Below are positions 63,470-64,000 of a DNA stretch of 64,000 nucleotides, one piece after another. A program made the translations under genes and the position numbers. Source of the DNA: Vicugna vicugna (taxonomy: Eukaryota); the NCBI GenBank assembly GCA_013265495.1, contig MU058478.1, forward strand, positions 125,816-189,815. The letters are read 5' to 3'. Numbering within the stretch: the first letter of the stretch is position 1; each line of letters starts with the position of its first letter. The notes below the pieces were generated by a model. The model saw only the letters and a program-made list of their open reading frames with translations. It had not been told where the DNA came from and made no database searches.

Positions 63470-64000
63470 GCTTTTTAACGATTATAAAATATGTACAATG
63501 CTATATTTTCCTATAAATCTTCCCATTCTGACATGTTATTTTTTTACCTTTTAAAATTGATTTTTAGCTCACAAACATCCCCTCATTTCCATTTAACTTA
63601 TATAGTATTTACCACTATTGTTTTCTTTCAAGCATCATTTTAGCCGAGTTCCACAACCACCTTCATTATTTTTTAGTTACAAGTATGTTCCTACATTTCC
63701 ACATTAATTTATTCTTATATCAATGCTTTATTTAAAAGGATTTTTTTTCCTTTTACTGTATGAAGATTTTTCATTGATCCCTTCTTTAATAAACTTCGAA
63801 TTTAATTATACTGTGAACTAATTAATATAAAATATTTCCATTTTTGCCACTTGGCATGTTGCCTAATGAGAAGTTAAATTTTATAAATGTCACATGGTTG
63901 TAGGTTTCCATCTGTATTATTCTAATAGATCAAGTCATTAATTTTCTTATGCAAAATGTCTCTCTAACTAAAGTTCAATCACTCTGAACTTTCGATAATT
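63470..64000 (-). mobile_element. Ancient L1 (L1ME-like) remnant
   Basis: T-rich, with weak antisense L1-like phrases. Confidence 0.35.

Overview
This is mammalian non-coding DNA, very probably from a camelid (alpaca, llama, vicuna or camel). The lineage call rests on four tRNA-Ala(AGC)-derived SINEs, three with an AATAAACCTAATTACC-type tail. I recognise no protein-coding gene, real tRNA, rRNA or CRISPR array. The ORF track is explained by chance, decayed L1 ORF2 and one repeated antisense frame inside an LTR family. Much of the window is transposon-derived: about 8 ERV1-like solo LTRs from 5 families (one family in 3 independent copies, one in 2), MaLR/ERVL LTRs, young and old L1, L2, MIR, a MER82 and a probable MER2. 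Four near-identical tandem duplications (141-476 bp units) and two N gaps suggest a short-read draft assembly with alleles written side by side. The best biological leads are an LTR family with a duplicated Oct/CCAAT enhancer unit, two twin-primed inverted L1 insertions, an inverted LTR pair, several isolated exon-like segments and some motif-dense unique regions. I found no convincing previously undescribed system. Repeat family names come from recalled consensus similarity rather than a database search, and boundaries of old repeats are approximate.
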